A stretch of 31,596 nt of DNA from a virus (IMGVR_UViG_2565956719_000008), one strand, 5' to 3'. Shown: positions 1-8,701, counted from the first letter of the stretch. Translations and numbers: made by a program. Notes: generated by a model from the sequence alone, not told the origin.

Positions 1-981
1 TTATAACGTCACTCCGCCTTTTAGTGGATTCAGAGCGACGGCATTTTGCAGATAGTCAGGCGCAAGGTGCGCATAGGCCATCGTCTGCTGAATGCTCGCA
101 TGTCCCAGAATCTGTTGCAGTGCGATTATATTGCCCCCATTCATCATGAAATGGCTTGCGAATGTATGCCGCAGGATGTGGGTTGCCTGATTGGGTGGTA
201 TATCAGGTTTCACTCTGCGTAAAATCCCGCAAAATTTCTCATAATCAACTTTGAATAATTTGGCGCTGGCCTCCTCTTTAACTTTTTTCTCCAGTTCCTC
301 AGAAATCGGCACGGTTCGCTTTTTACCGTTTTTGGTTTTCAGGAAGGTAACCCTGCAATTTGTAATCTGTGCTGGTTTTAGCGTGGCAACTTCCGTCCAT
401 CTTCCTCCAGTGCTCAGACATAAAAGCGCGACAAGTAAGTCATCACCAGCCAAAACATTTAACAGTTTTTCGATTTCTGCTTTTTCCAGGAACGTCATTT
501 CAGGGTTGGCCTCCGCCAGTGGCGGCAGTCCGTGAATTGGGTGTTGCCCGGAAAATTCATCCAATTGAATTAATTTTGTGAACATGCCGGATAATCGGTA
601 CATGTCACGGTTTATCGTTGCGGCACTGATACCATCACGTAGTCGCATGGAACGATAATCCATCAAAGCCCTTTTGCTCATCCTGCTCACTGGTATATCA
701 CCTATGCCGCTGATGGTTTTGAGTAGATGATTAAACTCTTTTGTTCCATGCTCGTGGTTTTGCCCGTGATATTTCCACCAGATGTCCAGCAACTCACTCA
801 AAGTCCGGCGGTCTGCTCGCTGGCCTCCCCATTCTTTCTGACTGGCATTGGCGATTGTGTATCGCTCAAATGCTAGTGCTTCAGCTTTTCTTTCGAATTT
901 CCTGCGGATGCGTTTTCCGTCGCGACCGCGAGGTCTAATGTCCACTTCATAGCGACCATCATCGAGCTTCTTAATTGCCAT
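1..981 (-). CDS. int: Tyrosine integrase (P2 Int-like)
   Basis: ORF-track frame 1..1011. In-frame ATG at 981..979 (MAIKKLDDG...) is preceded by GGAGGG with 7-nt spacing, whereas the ATG at 1011 has no SD. C-terminal HxxR...Y catalytic region (ILRHTFASHF...MAYAHL) is typical of tyrosine recombinases. Position next to C repressor, divergent from cox. Confidence 0.9.
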   Translation of the reverse strand: MAIKKLDDGRYEVDIRPRGRDGKRIRRKFERKAEALAFERYTIANASQKEWGGQRADRRTLSELLDIWWKYHGQNHEHGTKEFNHLLKTISGIGDIPVSRMSKRALMDYRSMRLRDGISAATINRDMYRLSGMFTKLIQLDEFSGQHPIHGLPPLAEANPEMTFLEKAEIEKLLNVLAGDDLLVALLCLSTGGRWTEVATLKPAQITNCRVTFLKTKNGKKRTVPISEELEKKVKEEASAKLFKVDYEKFCGILRRVKPDIPPNQATHILRHTFASHFMMNGGNIIALQQILGHASIQQTMAYAHLAPDYLQNAVALNPLKGGVTL

Positions 982-1050
982 AAGAAAGCCCTCCGGCGCT
1001 GTATTCACCATCTTGGTAGCAAATGGTGAAAATGTAATCTTTATATAGAG

Positions 1051-1344
1051 TTAGCCAATCCTTTTCGCGGAGTGGTTGGACTCTGTTGACTCTGGCCCAA
1101 TGTGCGCGAGAGCCGGTGCGATTTGTCCTGCGTCCGGCGCGGTTTTATCTGTCATAAGCCATAGAGCATATTTTTGGAATGTGGGATGCATAGTGATTTT
1201 TAGCAAAGCTGTGCCACCGGGTTCAAAGTTTCCTCCTTCATATTTTTTAAGTGTGCTTAGCGGTAACTCTATGATTTCACAGAATTTTGATTGGCTTAGC
1301 CCTTCAGCCTCACGCAAGGCCTTAATCTTTTCGCTTAATTTCAT
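1051..1344 (-). CDS. C: Immunity repressor C (HTH, P2 C-like)
   Basis: 97 aa; ATG at 1344..1342. N-terminal HTH-like segment (LSQSKFCEIIELPLSTLKKYE) and the QIAPALAH segment that I recall from P2 C. Located between int and a divergent cox. Confidence 0.85.
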   Translation of the reverse strand: MKLSEKIKALREAEGLSQSKFCEIIELPLSTLKKYEGGNFEPGGTALLKITMHPTFQKYALWLMTDKTAPDAGQIAPALAHIGPESTESNHSAKRIG

Positions 1345-1352
1345 TTGACATG

Positions 1353-1403
1353 GTGCCTATATAGGGACTAAATTCCCTCAAAACTGGAACCTATATAGGT
1401 TCC
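1353..1403. promoter_or_regulatory. C/cox switch region with two copies of the palindrome CCTATATAGG (candidate operators overlapping TATA-like -10 elements)
   Basis: CCTATATAGG at 1356..1365 and 1390..1399. The second is embedded in a perfect 18-bp palindrome GGAACCTATATAGGTTCC (1386..1403). Lies in the 135-bp intergenic region between divergent C and cox. Confidence 0.5.
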
Positions 1404-1480
1404 ATTGATTTGAGAATAAACCAGCGTCTAAACGGTTTTGAGTGGTTTAGAAAGGGCTGGATCCTATGAGGGTACCATAT

Positions 1481-1753
1481 ATGGACGCTGAAAATTATGT
1501 GATTCAGTATCCGCTTGATGCGGTTCATGTGGATAAATTTGCTGATTTATTAGGGAAGCCAAAGACAGCCGTCAGTGAAATGGTGAAGGCAAATAAATTA
1601 CCAATTATTGAATTGCGTGATCCTTGCAAACCGAAGGCTCGTGCCGGTGAAAAATGGGTTTTCATTCCTGAGTTTAATCGCGCTGTACGTGAGGCGTTTT
1701 ATAACCGACCGGTTGAACAGCGTGATGCATGGCTTTTGTGGATGGGGTTGTGA
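1481..1753 (+). CDS. cox: Cox-like excisionase / early transcriptional regulator
   Basis: About 90 aa from ATG 1481 (GAGGG SD 8 nt upstream); alternative ATG at 1466. C-terminal pattern RAGEKWVFIPEFN...RDAWLLWMGL parallels P2 Cox as I recall it. Confidence 0.75.
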   Translation: MDAENYVIQYPLDAVHVDKFADLLGKPKTAVSEMVKANKLPIIELRDPCKPKARAGEKWVFIPEFNRAVREAFYNRPVEQRDAWLLWMGL

Positions 1754-1755
1754 TT

Positions 1756-1926
1756 ATGAATGAGCCGCGTTGTATTGCTCAGTTACTGCGTAACGAAAGC
1801 CCCAGGGCGATTGACTTCACCATCACCCACGGGAAGGGTCGCAAGGGAATCATTATCCGCACCAAAAAACAGAGTCCGTTAAAAAAGGCTCTGACCTTTC
1901 TGAAAAGCCGGAGGGTCTGGAAATGA
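1756..1926 (+). CDS. Small hypothetical protein (P2 orf78 position)
   Basis: 56 aa from ATG 1756, 2 nt after the cox stop. Stop overlaps the B start (ATGA at 1923..1926). ORF-track start 1729 is upstream within cox. Confidence 0.45.
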   Translation: MNEPRCIAQLLRNESPRAIDFTITHGKGRKGIIIRTKKQSPLKKALTFLKSRRVWK

Positions 1927-2423
1927 CAGTGATGACGCTCAATCTCGTCGAAAAACAGCCAGCAACTATGCGCCGGATAATTGGTAAGCATCTGGCCGTC
2001 CCTCGCTGGCAGGATACATGTGATTATTATAATCAGATGATGGAGCGCGAACGGTTAACGGTTTGCTTTCATGCGCAGTTAAAACAGCGTCACGCAACGA
2101 TGCGTTTTGAAGAAATGAACGACGTCGAACGTGAACGGCTGGTTTGTGCAATTGATGAATTGCGTGGGGCATTCTCAAAACGCCGTCAGGTTGGCGCAAG
2201 TGAGTATGCATATATTAGTTTTTTAACAGTCAGTCAGCGTCGTACTTTATTTATGCATGCCGGATTGACTGAAAAAGAATTCAACCAGCCATACTGGCGA
2301 ATTAATGAAGAGTCATGTTACTGGCGTGATGCTTTATTCCGTGCATTACGTGAATTATTCAGTCTGTTTGAGTATGCACCGACAATTCTGACGTCGGTAA
2401 AACCAGAGCAATATCTGCATTAA
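1923..2423 (+). CDS. B: Replication protein B (P2 gpB-like)
   Basis: 166 aa, same length and position as P2 B; translationally coupled to the upstream ORF. Confidence 0.7.
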   Translation: MTVMTLNLVEKQPATMRRIIGKHLAVPRWQDTCDYYNQMMERERLTVCFHAQLKQRHATMRFEEMNDVERERLVCAIDELRGAFSKRRQVGASEYAYISFLTVSQRRTLFMHAGLTEKEFNQPYWRINEESCYWRDALFRALRELFSLFEYAPTILTSVKPEQYLH

Positions 2424-2486
2424 GTAATTAACCAGAGTTTTTAACGCACTTAATCGTGCGGGGCTTCTTTTTGCCTGGAGAAAGTT

Positions 2487-2711
2487 ATGCATACAGTTTC
2501 TGAAAATCAGTGCGGTAAATACGCATTACTGCTGCAACAGGCCAGAACCGAAGCACGGGCCGACGCTGCGACGCGCTTTTCTTCTCATCTTGATGCCATG
2601 ATTCGCCACATCACAAAGGCTGAGTTATCCCGTGTGGAGATAGTCGAGCTGCTCAGTCAGGAGTCGGAAAAATTTCACAATATCGGATTGTCTCGCGGGG
2701 AGGTGCTTTGA
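2487..2711 (+). CDS. Hypothetical early protein (P2 orf80 position)
   Basis: 74 aa; ATG 2487 with GGAG SD 6 nt upstream. Conserved position in the P2 early operon. Confidence 0.6.
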   Translation: MHTVSENQCGKYALLLQQARTEARADAATRFSSHLDAMIRHITKAELSRVEIVELLSQESEKFHNIGLSRGEVL

Positions 2712-3013
2712 TGTCCTGTTCTCGTTCAGTTGTATTACTGAATAACGCCTTAAAAATCGCCGTTATGAAAAATGGCGATTTGTCTCTTATTCAACTTGGT
2801 ATTGATAAAGAGAAGCGCGAAATAACTGAATCTGTTATCGCGATTTATCAGAGTGAATTAAACCTCCTGTCTGATGTGGTCAATTTACTTGTTAAACGCG
2901 CTGTATTCCACAAGCAAATTTCCTCAGTGGATGAACTGACAAAATTAACGACAGAACTCGCCAGTTATTGCGCTGATGAATTTAAGAAGCTGAACGACAA
3001 AAGGAGCTGGTAA
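2711..3013 (+). CDS. Hypothetical early protein (P2 orf81 position)
   Basis: 100 aa from ATG 2711 (ORF-track start 2708 is TTG). GGGGAGG SD upstream; overlaps the previous stop by 1 nt. Confidence 0.6.
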   Translation: MSCSRSVVLLNNALKIAVMKNGDLSLIQLGIDKEKREITESVIAIYQSELNLLSDVVNLLVKRAVFHKQISSVDELTKLTTELASYCADEFKKLNDKRSW

Positions 3014-3237
3014 TGCCGGACAACGTAGATTTTATTCAGGAACAACAGGCTGAATTACTGGAGCGTCAGATTAACGCGGCAAGGGTAAAACATTGCGGTG
3101 CTTCTGCGCTGGTTTGCGAAGAGTGTGACGCGCCAATACCTGCTGCCCGTCGTGCGGCTTATCCGTCAGCCACGCGTTGTGTTTCCTGCCAGTCAGTCTT
3201 TGAAGCAAAAAACAAACATTACCGGAGAACGGCATGA
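3013..3237 (+). CDS. TraR/DksA-family C4 zinc-finger protein (P2 orf82 position)
   Basis: 74 aa; AAGGAG SD. Four-Cys motif CEEC...(17 aa)...CVSC, typical of TraR/DksA-type zinc fingers. Confidence 0.75.
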   Translation: MPDNVDFIQEQQAELLERQINAARVKHCGASALVCEECDAPIPAARRAAYPSATRCVSCQSVFEAKNKHYRRTA

Positions 3238-3509
3238 GTATTCGTATTGAAATTGGCGAACGTTATGTCGTTACCAGTGACAGCTTTCAGTTTATTCTCC
3301 ACGAGAAAAAGAGAGCGGAAAGCGGTAAAAACGCCGGTCAGGAATGGCTGGCGGTGGTTGGTTATTACCCGAAATTAGGCCAGCTCGTTTCCGGCCTGAT
3401 GCATCACGATATTCTGACCGGAAGCGCAAAATCTTTTGCTGATTTAAACGCGCAGGTTGAGCAACTCAGCAAGCGTTGTTCAGAGGCTTTTGGCTCATAT
3501 GGCCGTTAA
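3234..3509 (+). CDS. Hypothetical early protein (P2 orf83 position)
   Basis: 91 aa; ATG 3234 with GGAG SD; overlaps neighbouring genes at both ends. Confidence 0.6.
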   Translation: MSIRIEIGERYVVTSDSFQFILHEKKRAESGKNAGQEWLAVVGYYPKLGQLVSGLMHHDILTGSAKSFADLNAQVEQLSKRCSEAFGSYGR

Positions 3510-5784
3510 AGCCTCCGGGCGTTTTGTCCCTCCGTCAGCATTTACCGCAGGCACCGGTAAGGCGTTTACCGGTGCTTATGCATGGAACGCGCCACGCGAG
3601 GCTGTCGGGCGCGAAAGACCTCTTACACGTGACGAGATGCGTCAGGTGCAAGGTGTTTTATCCACGATTAACCGCCTGCCTTACTTTTTGCGCTCGCTGT
3701 TTACTTCACGCTATGACTACATCCGGCGCAATAAAAGCCCGGTGCACGGGTTTTATTTCCTCACATCTACTTTTCAGCGTCGTTTATGGCCGCGCATTGA
3801 GCGTGTGAATCAGCGCCATGAAATGAACACCGACGCGTCGTTGCTGTTTCTGGCAGAGCGTGACCACTATGCGCGCCTGCCGGGAATGAATGACAAGGAG
3901 CTGAAAAAGTTTGCCGCCCGTATCTCATCGCAGCTTTTCATGATGTATGAGGAACTCTGCGATGCATGGGTTGATGCGCATGGTGAAAAAGAATCGCTGT
4001 TTACGGATGAGGCGCAGGCTCACCTGTATGGTCATGTTGCTGGCGCTGCACGTGCTTTCAATATTTCCCCGCTCTACTGGAAAAAATACCGTAAAGGACA
4101 GATGACCACGAGGCAGGCATATTCTGCCATTGCCCGTCTGTTTAACGATGAGTGGTGGATTAGTCAGCTTAAAGGCCAGCGTATGCGCTGGCATGAGGCG
4201 TTACTGATTGCTGTCGGGGAGGTCAATAAAGACCGTTCTCCTTATGCCAGTAAACATGCCATTCGTGATGTGCGTGCACGCCGCCAGGCAAATCTGGAAT
4301 TTCTTAAATCGTGTGATCTCGAAAACAGGGAAACAGGCGAGCGCATCGACCTTATCAGTAAGGTGATGGGCAGTATTTCTAATCCTGAAATTCGCCGGAT
4401 GGAGCTGATGAACACCATTGCCGGTATTGAGCGTTACGCCGCCGCAGAGGGTGATGTGGGGATGTTTATCACGCTGACCGCGCCGTCAAAGTATCACCCG
4501 ACACGTCAGGTTGGAAAAGGCGAAAGTAAAACCGTCCAGCTTAATCACGGCTGGAATGATGAGGCATTTAATCCAAAGGATGCGCAGCGTTATCTCTGCC
4601 GTATCTGGAGCCTGATGCGCACGGCATTCAAGGATAATGATTTACAGGTCTACGGTTTGCGAGTCGTCGAGCCACACCACGACGGAACGCCGCACTGGCA
4701 TATGATGCTTTTTTGTAATCCACGCCAGCGTAACCAGATTATCGAAATCATGCGTCGCTATGCGCTCAAAGAGGATGGCGACGAAAGAGGAGCCGCGCGA
4801 AACCGTTTTCAGGCAAAACACCTTAACCGGGGCGGTGCTGCGGGATATATCGCGAAATACATTTCAAAAAATATCGACGGCTATGCACTGGATGGTCAGC
4901 TCGATAACGATACCGGCAGGCCGCTGAAAGACACTGCCGCGGCTGTTACCGCATGGGCGTCAACGTGGCGCATTCCGCAATTTAAAACGGTTGGCCTGCC
5001 GACAATGGGGGCTTACCGTGAACTACGCAAATTGCCTCGCGGCGTCAGCATTGCTGATGAGTTTGACGAGCGCGTCGAGGCTGCACGCGCCGCCGCAGAC
5101 AGTGGCGATTTTGCGTTGTATATCAGCGCGCAGGGTGGGGCAAATGTCCCGCGCGATTGTCAGACTGTCAGGGTCGCCCGTAGCCCGTCGGATGACGTTA
5201 ACGAGTACGAGGAAGAAGTCGAGAGAGTGGTCGGCATTTACGCGCCGCATCTCGGCGCGCGTCATATTCATATCACCAGAACGACGGACTGGCGCATTGT
5301 GCCGAAAGTTCCGGTCGTTGAGCCTTTGACTTTAAAAAGCGGCATCGCCGCGCCTCGGAGTCCTGTCAATAACTGTGGAAAGCTCACTGGTGGTGATACT
5401 TCGTTACCGGCTCCCACACCTTCTGAGCACGCCGCCGCAGTGCTTAATCTGGTTGATGACGGTGTTATCGAATGGAATGACCCGGAGGTCGTGAGGGCGC
5501 TCAGGGGCGCATTAAAACACGACCTGAGAACACCAAACCGTCAGCAAAGAAGCGGAAGCCCGTTAAAAGCGCATGAAATAGCGCCATCGGCCAGACTGAC
5601 CCGGTCGGAACGAATGCAAATTACCCGTATCCGCGTTGACCTTGCTCAGAACGGTATCAGGCCGCAGCGATGGGAGCTTGAGGCGCTGGTGCGTGGCGCG
5701 ACCGTAAATTATGACGGGAAAAAATTCACGTATCCGGTCGCTGATGAGTGGCCGGGATTCTCAACAGTAATGGAGTGGACATGA
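3499..5784 (+). CDS. A: Replication initiation endonuclease A (HUH rolling-circle initiator, P2 gpA-like)
   Basis: 761 aa from ATG 3499 (MAVKASGRF...), which matches the P2 gpA N-terminus as I recall it. ORF-track start 3457 is TTG. HUH motif (TPHWHMM) and active-site tyrosine motif (YIAKYISK) are present. Confidence 0.9.
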   Translation: MAVKASGRFVPPSAFTAGTGKAFTGAYAWNAPREAVGRERPLTRDEMRQVQGVLSTINRLPYFLRSLFTSRYDYIRRNKSPVHGFYFLTSTFQRRLWPRIERVNQRHEMNTDASLLFLAERDHYARLPGMNDKELKKFAARISSQLFMMYEELCDAWVDAHGEKESLFTDEAQAHLYGHVAGAARAFNISPLYWKKYRKGQMTTRQAYSAIARLFNDEWWISQLKGQRMRWHEALLIAVGEVNKDRSPYASKHAIRDVRARRQANLEFLKSCDLENRETGERIDLISKVMGSISNPEIRRMELMNTIAGIERYAAAEGDVGMFITLTAPSKYHPTRQVGKGESKTVQLNHGWNDEAFNPKDAQRYLCRIWSLMRTAFKDNDLQVYGLRVVEPHHDGTPHWHMMLFCNPRQRNQIIEIMRRYALKEDGDERGAARNRFQAKHLNRGGAAGYIAKYISKNIDGYALDGQLDNDTGRPLKDTAAAVTAWASTWRIPQFKTVGLPTMGAYRELRKLPRGVSIADEFDERVEAARAAADSGDFALYISAQGGANVPRDCQTVRVARSPSDDVNEYEEEVERVVGIYAPHLGARHIHITRTTDWRIVPKVPVVEPLTLKSGIAAPRSPVNNCGKLTGGDTSLPAPTPSEHAAAVLNLVDDGVIEWNDPEVVRALRGALKHDLRTPNRQQRSGSPLKAHEIAPSARLTRSERMQITRIRVDLAQNGIRPQRWELEALVRGATVNYDGKKFTYPVADEWPGFSTVMEWT

Positions 5785-6236
5785 TGGCAAAAATTCACGA
5801 GGTAAAGCTGCACGCAAAATATTTTGACCTTGTGCTGGAAGGAAAGAAACGCGCAGAGTTTCGGAAAAATGACCGTAATTATGAGCGCGGGGACACGTTG
5901 ATTTTGCATGAATGGGCGCAGGGTGTGTATACGGGGCGAAAGGTTGAAGCCCGGATAACAGATGTTACTGACCTGTCAGACTGGCTGGAAGATTATGTCT
6001 TGCTAAGTATTGAGCTGCTTAATACAGGCGCATATGAGATTGTGAACTGGAAAGAACTTAGTGAGCGTGGTCTGGTATTCAGAATTAATCATGAAATTAT
6101 GCATCAGCTCGGCCTTGCTGTTATGTATGCACCAGAGACGGGGATGTCTGGCGGGGCAATGGTTGCCACGGATGGAGCATGGAACTATTCAGATGAACAG
6201 ATTGAGCGTGCAAAGCAAAACGGGTGGCTTGGATAA
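5781..6236 (+). CDS. ASCH/DUF3850-like domain protein (predicted RNA-binding PUA-like fold) with uncharacterised C-terminal half
   Basis: ATG 5781 overlaps the A stop (ATGA); GGAG SD 5 nt upstream. N-terminal segment KIHEVKLHAKYFDLVLEGKKRAEFRKNDRNYERGDTLILHEW resembles the DUF3850/ASCH signature from memory. Confidence 0.6.
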   Translation: MMAKIHEVKLHAKYFDLVLEGKKRAEFRKNDRNYERGDTLILHEWAQGVYTGRKVEARITDVTDLSDWLEDYVLLSIELLNTGAYEIVNWKELSERGLVFRINHEIMHQLGLAVMYAPETGMSGGAMVATDGAWNYSDEQIERAKQNGWLG

Positions 6237-6442
6237 TGCACAGAATACCGGGCGAGATACCGCAACATAACACTAAAAATATCAAGCTGATGGCTATTGT
6301 TCACCGTCTACAGCAGATTATGGTCAACGAAAATCTGACGCCTGACGAGCTGGTCGGGTGTGCCGAAATAGTCCGGGATAATTACGGGCGGCTTAATTAT
6401 ATCCGTCAGTCCAGAGTTGCTCCACCGCCACGCAGACTATAG
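6236..6442 (+). CDS. Small hypothetical protein
   Basis: 68 aa from ATG 6236 (ORF-track start 6224 is GTG); overlaps the upstream stop (TAATG). Weak SD. Confidence 0.4.
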   Translation: MHRIPGEIPQHNTKNIKLMAIVHRLQQIMVNENLTPDELVGCAEIVRDNYGRLNYIRQSRVAPPPRRL

Positions 6443-6657
6443 AAAACGCCGTCAGTCTTGAAACTTGTTTTCAGGGCTGGCGGGGTTGAACAACGAGCAT
6501 CGCGAGGCGTTAGTGGTATTGGAACCAATGAGAAAACAAAAAACTCAACGCCTCCCCTCATGTTTGATGGTATGGTCTTGTTTTTAGGTAATGAAGCTTT
6601 ATTCGGGTGACGTGTCTAATATAGCTTTCTGCATGACGTTAGAATGATGATGAGATC

Positions 6658-7260
6658 ATGTTATTAATGAATGAGAAAAAAAGACAAAAATATCTAAAGA
6701 TAATGTTTGAATGTCAAAAGCGACTTGAAACACTTCATGCTTTATCATCTGGAAGGATTGATGGCATTTATTTTCAAGTGTTAATTGAAATGGAGGCGTT
6801 GCAGCTTAGGAAGCTACTAGAGCTCATTGCATTTTCATCTCTAATTTCACATGAAAAAGCATACGAGAAGGTTACAAAGAAGATTGATGGTGTATGGAAG
6901 GCGAAGAATATATTTAAAGAGTTGGAAAAGATAAACCCTAACTTTTATCCAGTACCAATATCAGGAGTAACCAAAACGGGCTGGACGAAACTAACGGGAG
7001 GTTTTTTGACGAAAAAACAGTTTATCAAGCTATATGATGAATGCTCAAAACATATTCACGTAAGGAACCCATATCGGGTTAGGGAAAACTCGCTGGGGTT
7101 TCATAAAAAAGTTCCAGAGTATTTATCAAGAATTGAAACTCTACTGTTAAAGCACATTGTTTCTCTTGCCGGGAATGAAGAACTTCTTCTTGTAGATGTG
7201 CCTCATTATGAAGACTCTGTAACAGCTATAAAAATGAGCCACCTCGTTAAAATGGGGTGA
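6658..7260 (+). CDS. AT-rich cargo ORF of unknown function in the tin/old hotspot position (candidate defence/abortive-infection protein)
   Basis: 200 aa, Lys-rich, visibly AT-rich compared with flanking phage genes. Sits between the replication module and cos, where P2 carries tin and old. No Walker A motif, so not Old-like. Contains a weak R-x6-H pattern (RENSLGFH). Confidence 0.7.
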   Translation: MLLMNEKKRQKYLKIMFECQKRLETLHALSSGRIDGIYFQVLIEMEALQLRKLLELIAFSSLISHEKAYEKVTKKIDGVWKAKNIFKELEKINPNFYPVPISGVTKTGWTKLTGGFLTKKQFIKLYDECSKHIHVRNPYRVRENSLGFHKKVPEYLSRIETLLLKHIVSLAGNEELLLVDVPHYEDSVTAIKMSHLVKMG

Positions 7261-7296
7261 AAAATAAGCAATAAATAGTCGATTCTAGTGAACGGT

Positions 7297-7320
7297 CGGC
7301 TATTTTTAGCCGGATTTTTA
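7297..7320 (+). terminator. Weak intrinsic terminator candidate downstream of the cargo ORF
   Basis: Hairpin CGGCTA-tttt-TAGCCG (7297..7312) followed by GATTTTTA. Confidence 0.3.
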
Positions 7321-7478
7321 TACTGTTTCCCCTTAATTACAGTCGTTTCTATTCATGCATGTGCTATTGCATCGAATTGCATGCGTTTTCATCCCCTGTT
7401 GCTTATGAGCGTTGTCAGTGCTGGCGCATTCTCGGTATGTTCATGCAACTGCATCAAAATCGCCCCATGAAGCGGGCG

Positions 7479-7497
7479 GGCGAGGCGGGGAAAGCAC
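7479..7497. other. cos site (19-nt cohesive-end sequence, P2 type)
   Basis: GGCGAGGCGGGGAAAGCAC matches the P2 cohesive-end sequence as I recall it. Located immediately beyond the Q (portal) end of the packaging module, as in P2. Confidence 0.8.
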
Positions 7498-7639
7498 TGC
7501 GCGCTGGCGGTGGTGCTGATTTTATTTTTTCAGCGTCTGAGCGCGTCGTGAAGGCGCTTAGTCTGCCCGTTGAGGCGTTGGTGTGTCTGCGGGGTGTTTT
7601 GTGCTGTGGTGAGCGTGTGAGGGCGTGATGACGGGGTGT

Positions 7640-7661
7640 AAAAAAGCCGCCCGCAGGCGGC
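7640..7661 (-). terminator. Rho-independent terminator downstream of Q (end of the P-Q operon)
   Basis: On the minus strand, GCCGCC-tgcg-GGCGGC followed by TTTTTT (plus-strand AAAAAA at 7640..7645), just past the Q stop at 7667. Confidence 0.6.
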
Positions 7662-7666
7662 GATGT

Positions 7667-8701
7667 TCAGCCGTTGTCAGTGTCCAGTGAGTAGTTTTTA
7701 AAGCGGATGACCTCCTGACCGAGCCAGCCGTTTATCTCGCGGATCCTGTCCTGTAGCGGGATAAGCTCATTGCGGACAAAGACCTTTGCCACTTTCTCAA
7801 TATCACCCAGCGACCCGACGTTCTCCGGCTTGCCGCCCATCAACTGAAAGGGGATGCGGTGCGCGTCCAGCAGGTCTGCGGCACTGGCTTTTTTGATATT
7901 AAAAAAATCGTCCTTCGTCGCCACTTCACTGAGCGGGATAATTTTAATGCCGTCGGCTTTTCCCTGTGGGGCATAGAGAAACAGGTTTTTAAAGTTGTTG
8001 CGGCCTTTCGACTTCACCATGTTTTCGCGAAGCATTTCGATATCGTTGCGATCCTGCACGGCATCGGTAACGTACATGATGTATCCGGCATGTGCGCCGT
8101 TTTCGTAATACTTGCGGCGGAACAGCGTGGCCGACTCATTCAGCCAGGCAGAGTTAAGGGCGCTGAGATATTCCGGCAGGCCGTACAGCTCCTGATTAAT
8201 ATCGGGCTCCAGCAGGTGAAACACGGAACCGGGCGCGAAGGCTGTCGGCTCGTTGAAGGACGGCACCCACCAGTAAACATCCTCCTCCACGCCACGGCGG
8301 GTATATTTTGCCGGTGAGGTTTCCAGTCTGATGACCTTACCGGTGGTGCTGTAACGCTTTTCCAGAAACGCATTACCGAACACCAGAAAATCCAGCACAA
8401 AGCGGCTGAAATCCTGCTGGGAAAGCCACGGGTGCGGGATAAACGTTGAAGCCAGAATATTACGTTTGACGTAAATCGGTGAGCTGTGATGCACGGCAGC
8501 ACGCAGACTTTTTGCCAGACCGGTAAAGCTGACCGGTGGCTCATACCATCTGCCGTTACTGATGCATTCGACGTAATCCAGAATGTCACGGCGGTCGAGT
8601 ACCGGCACTGGCTCACCAAAGGTGAATGCCTCCATTTTCGGGGCGCTGGCGGTCATTTTTTTTGCCGCAGGTTGCTGTGTTTTCCCTTTTTTCTTGCTCA
8701 T
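7667..8701 (-). CDS. Q: Portal protein (P2 gpQ-like)
   Basis: 344 aa; ATG at 8701..8699 overlapping the P stop. N-terminus MSKKKGKT... and length match P2 Q as recalled. Confidence 0.9.
   Translation of the reverse strand: MSKKKGKTQQPAAKKMTASAPKMEAFTFGEPVPVLDRRDILDYVECISNGRWYEPPVSFTGLAKSLRAAVHHSSPIYVKRNILASTFIPHPWLSQQDFSRFVLDFLVFGNAFLEKRYSTTGKVIRLETSPAKYTRRGVEEDVYWWVPSFNEPTAFAPGSVFHLLEPDINQELYGLPEYLSALNSAWLNESATLFRRKYYENGAHAGYIMYVTDAVQDRNDIEMLRENMVKSKGRNNFKNLFLYAPQGKADGIKIIPLSEVATKDDFFNIKKASAADLLDAHRIPFQLMGGKPENVGSLGDIEKVAKVFVRNELIPLQDRIREINGWLGQEVIRFKNYSLDTDNG

Noticed and set aside
3457-3498. ORF-track N-terminal extension of A starting at 3457
   Set aside because: Codon 3457 is TTG and overlaps the upstream ORF by over 50 nt; the in-frame ATG at 3499 gives the N-terminus MAVKASGRF that matches P2 gpA as recalled.
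7288-7628. ORFs 7288..7470 and 7359..7628 in the cos region
   Set aside because: They span the cos site in a non-coding packaging region, have no SD, and have Cys/Ala-rich low-complexity translations.
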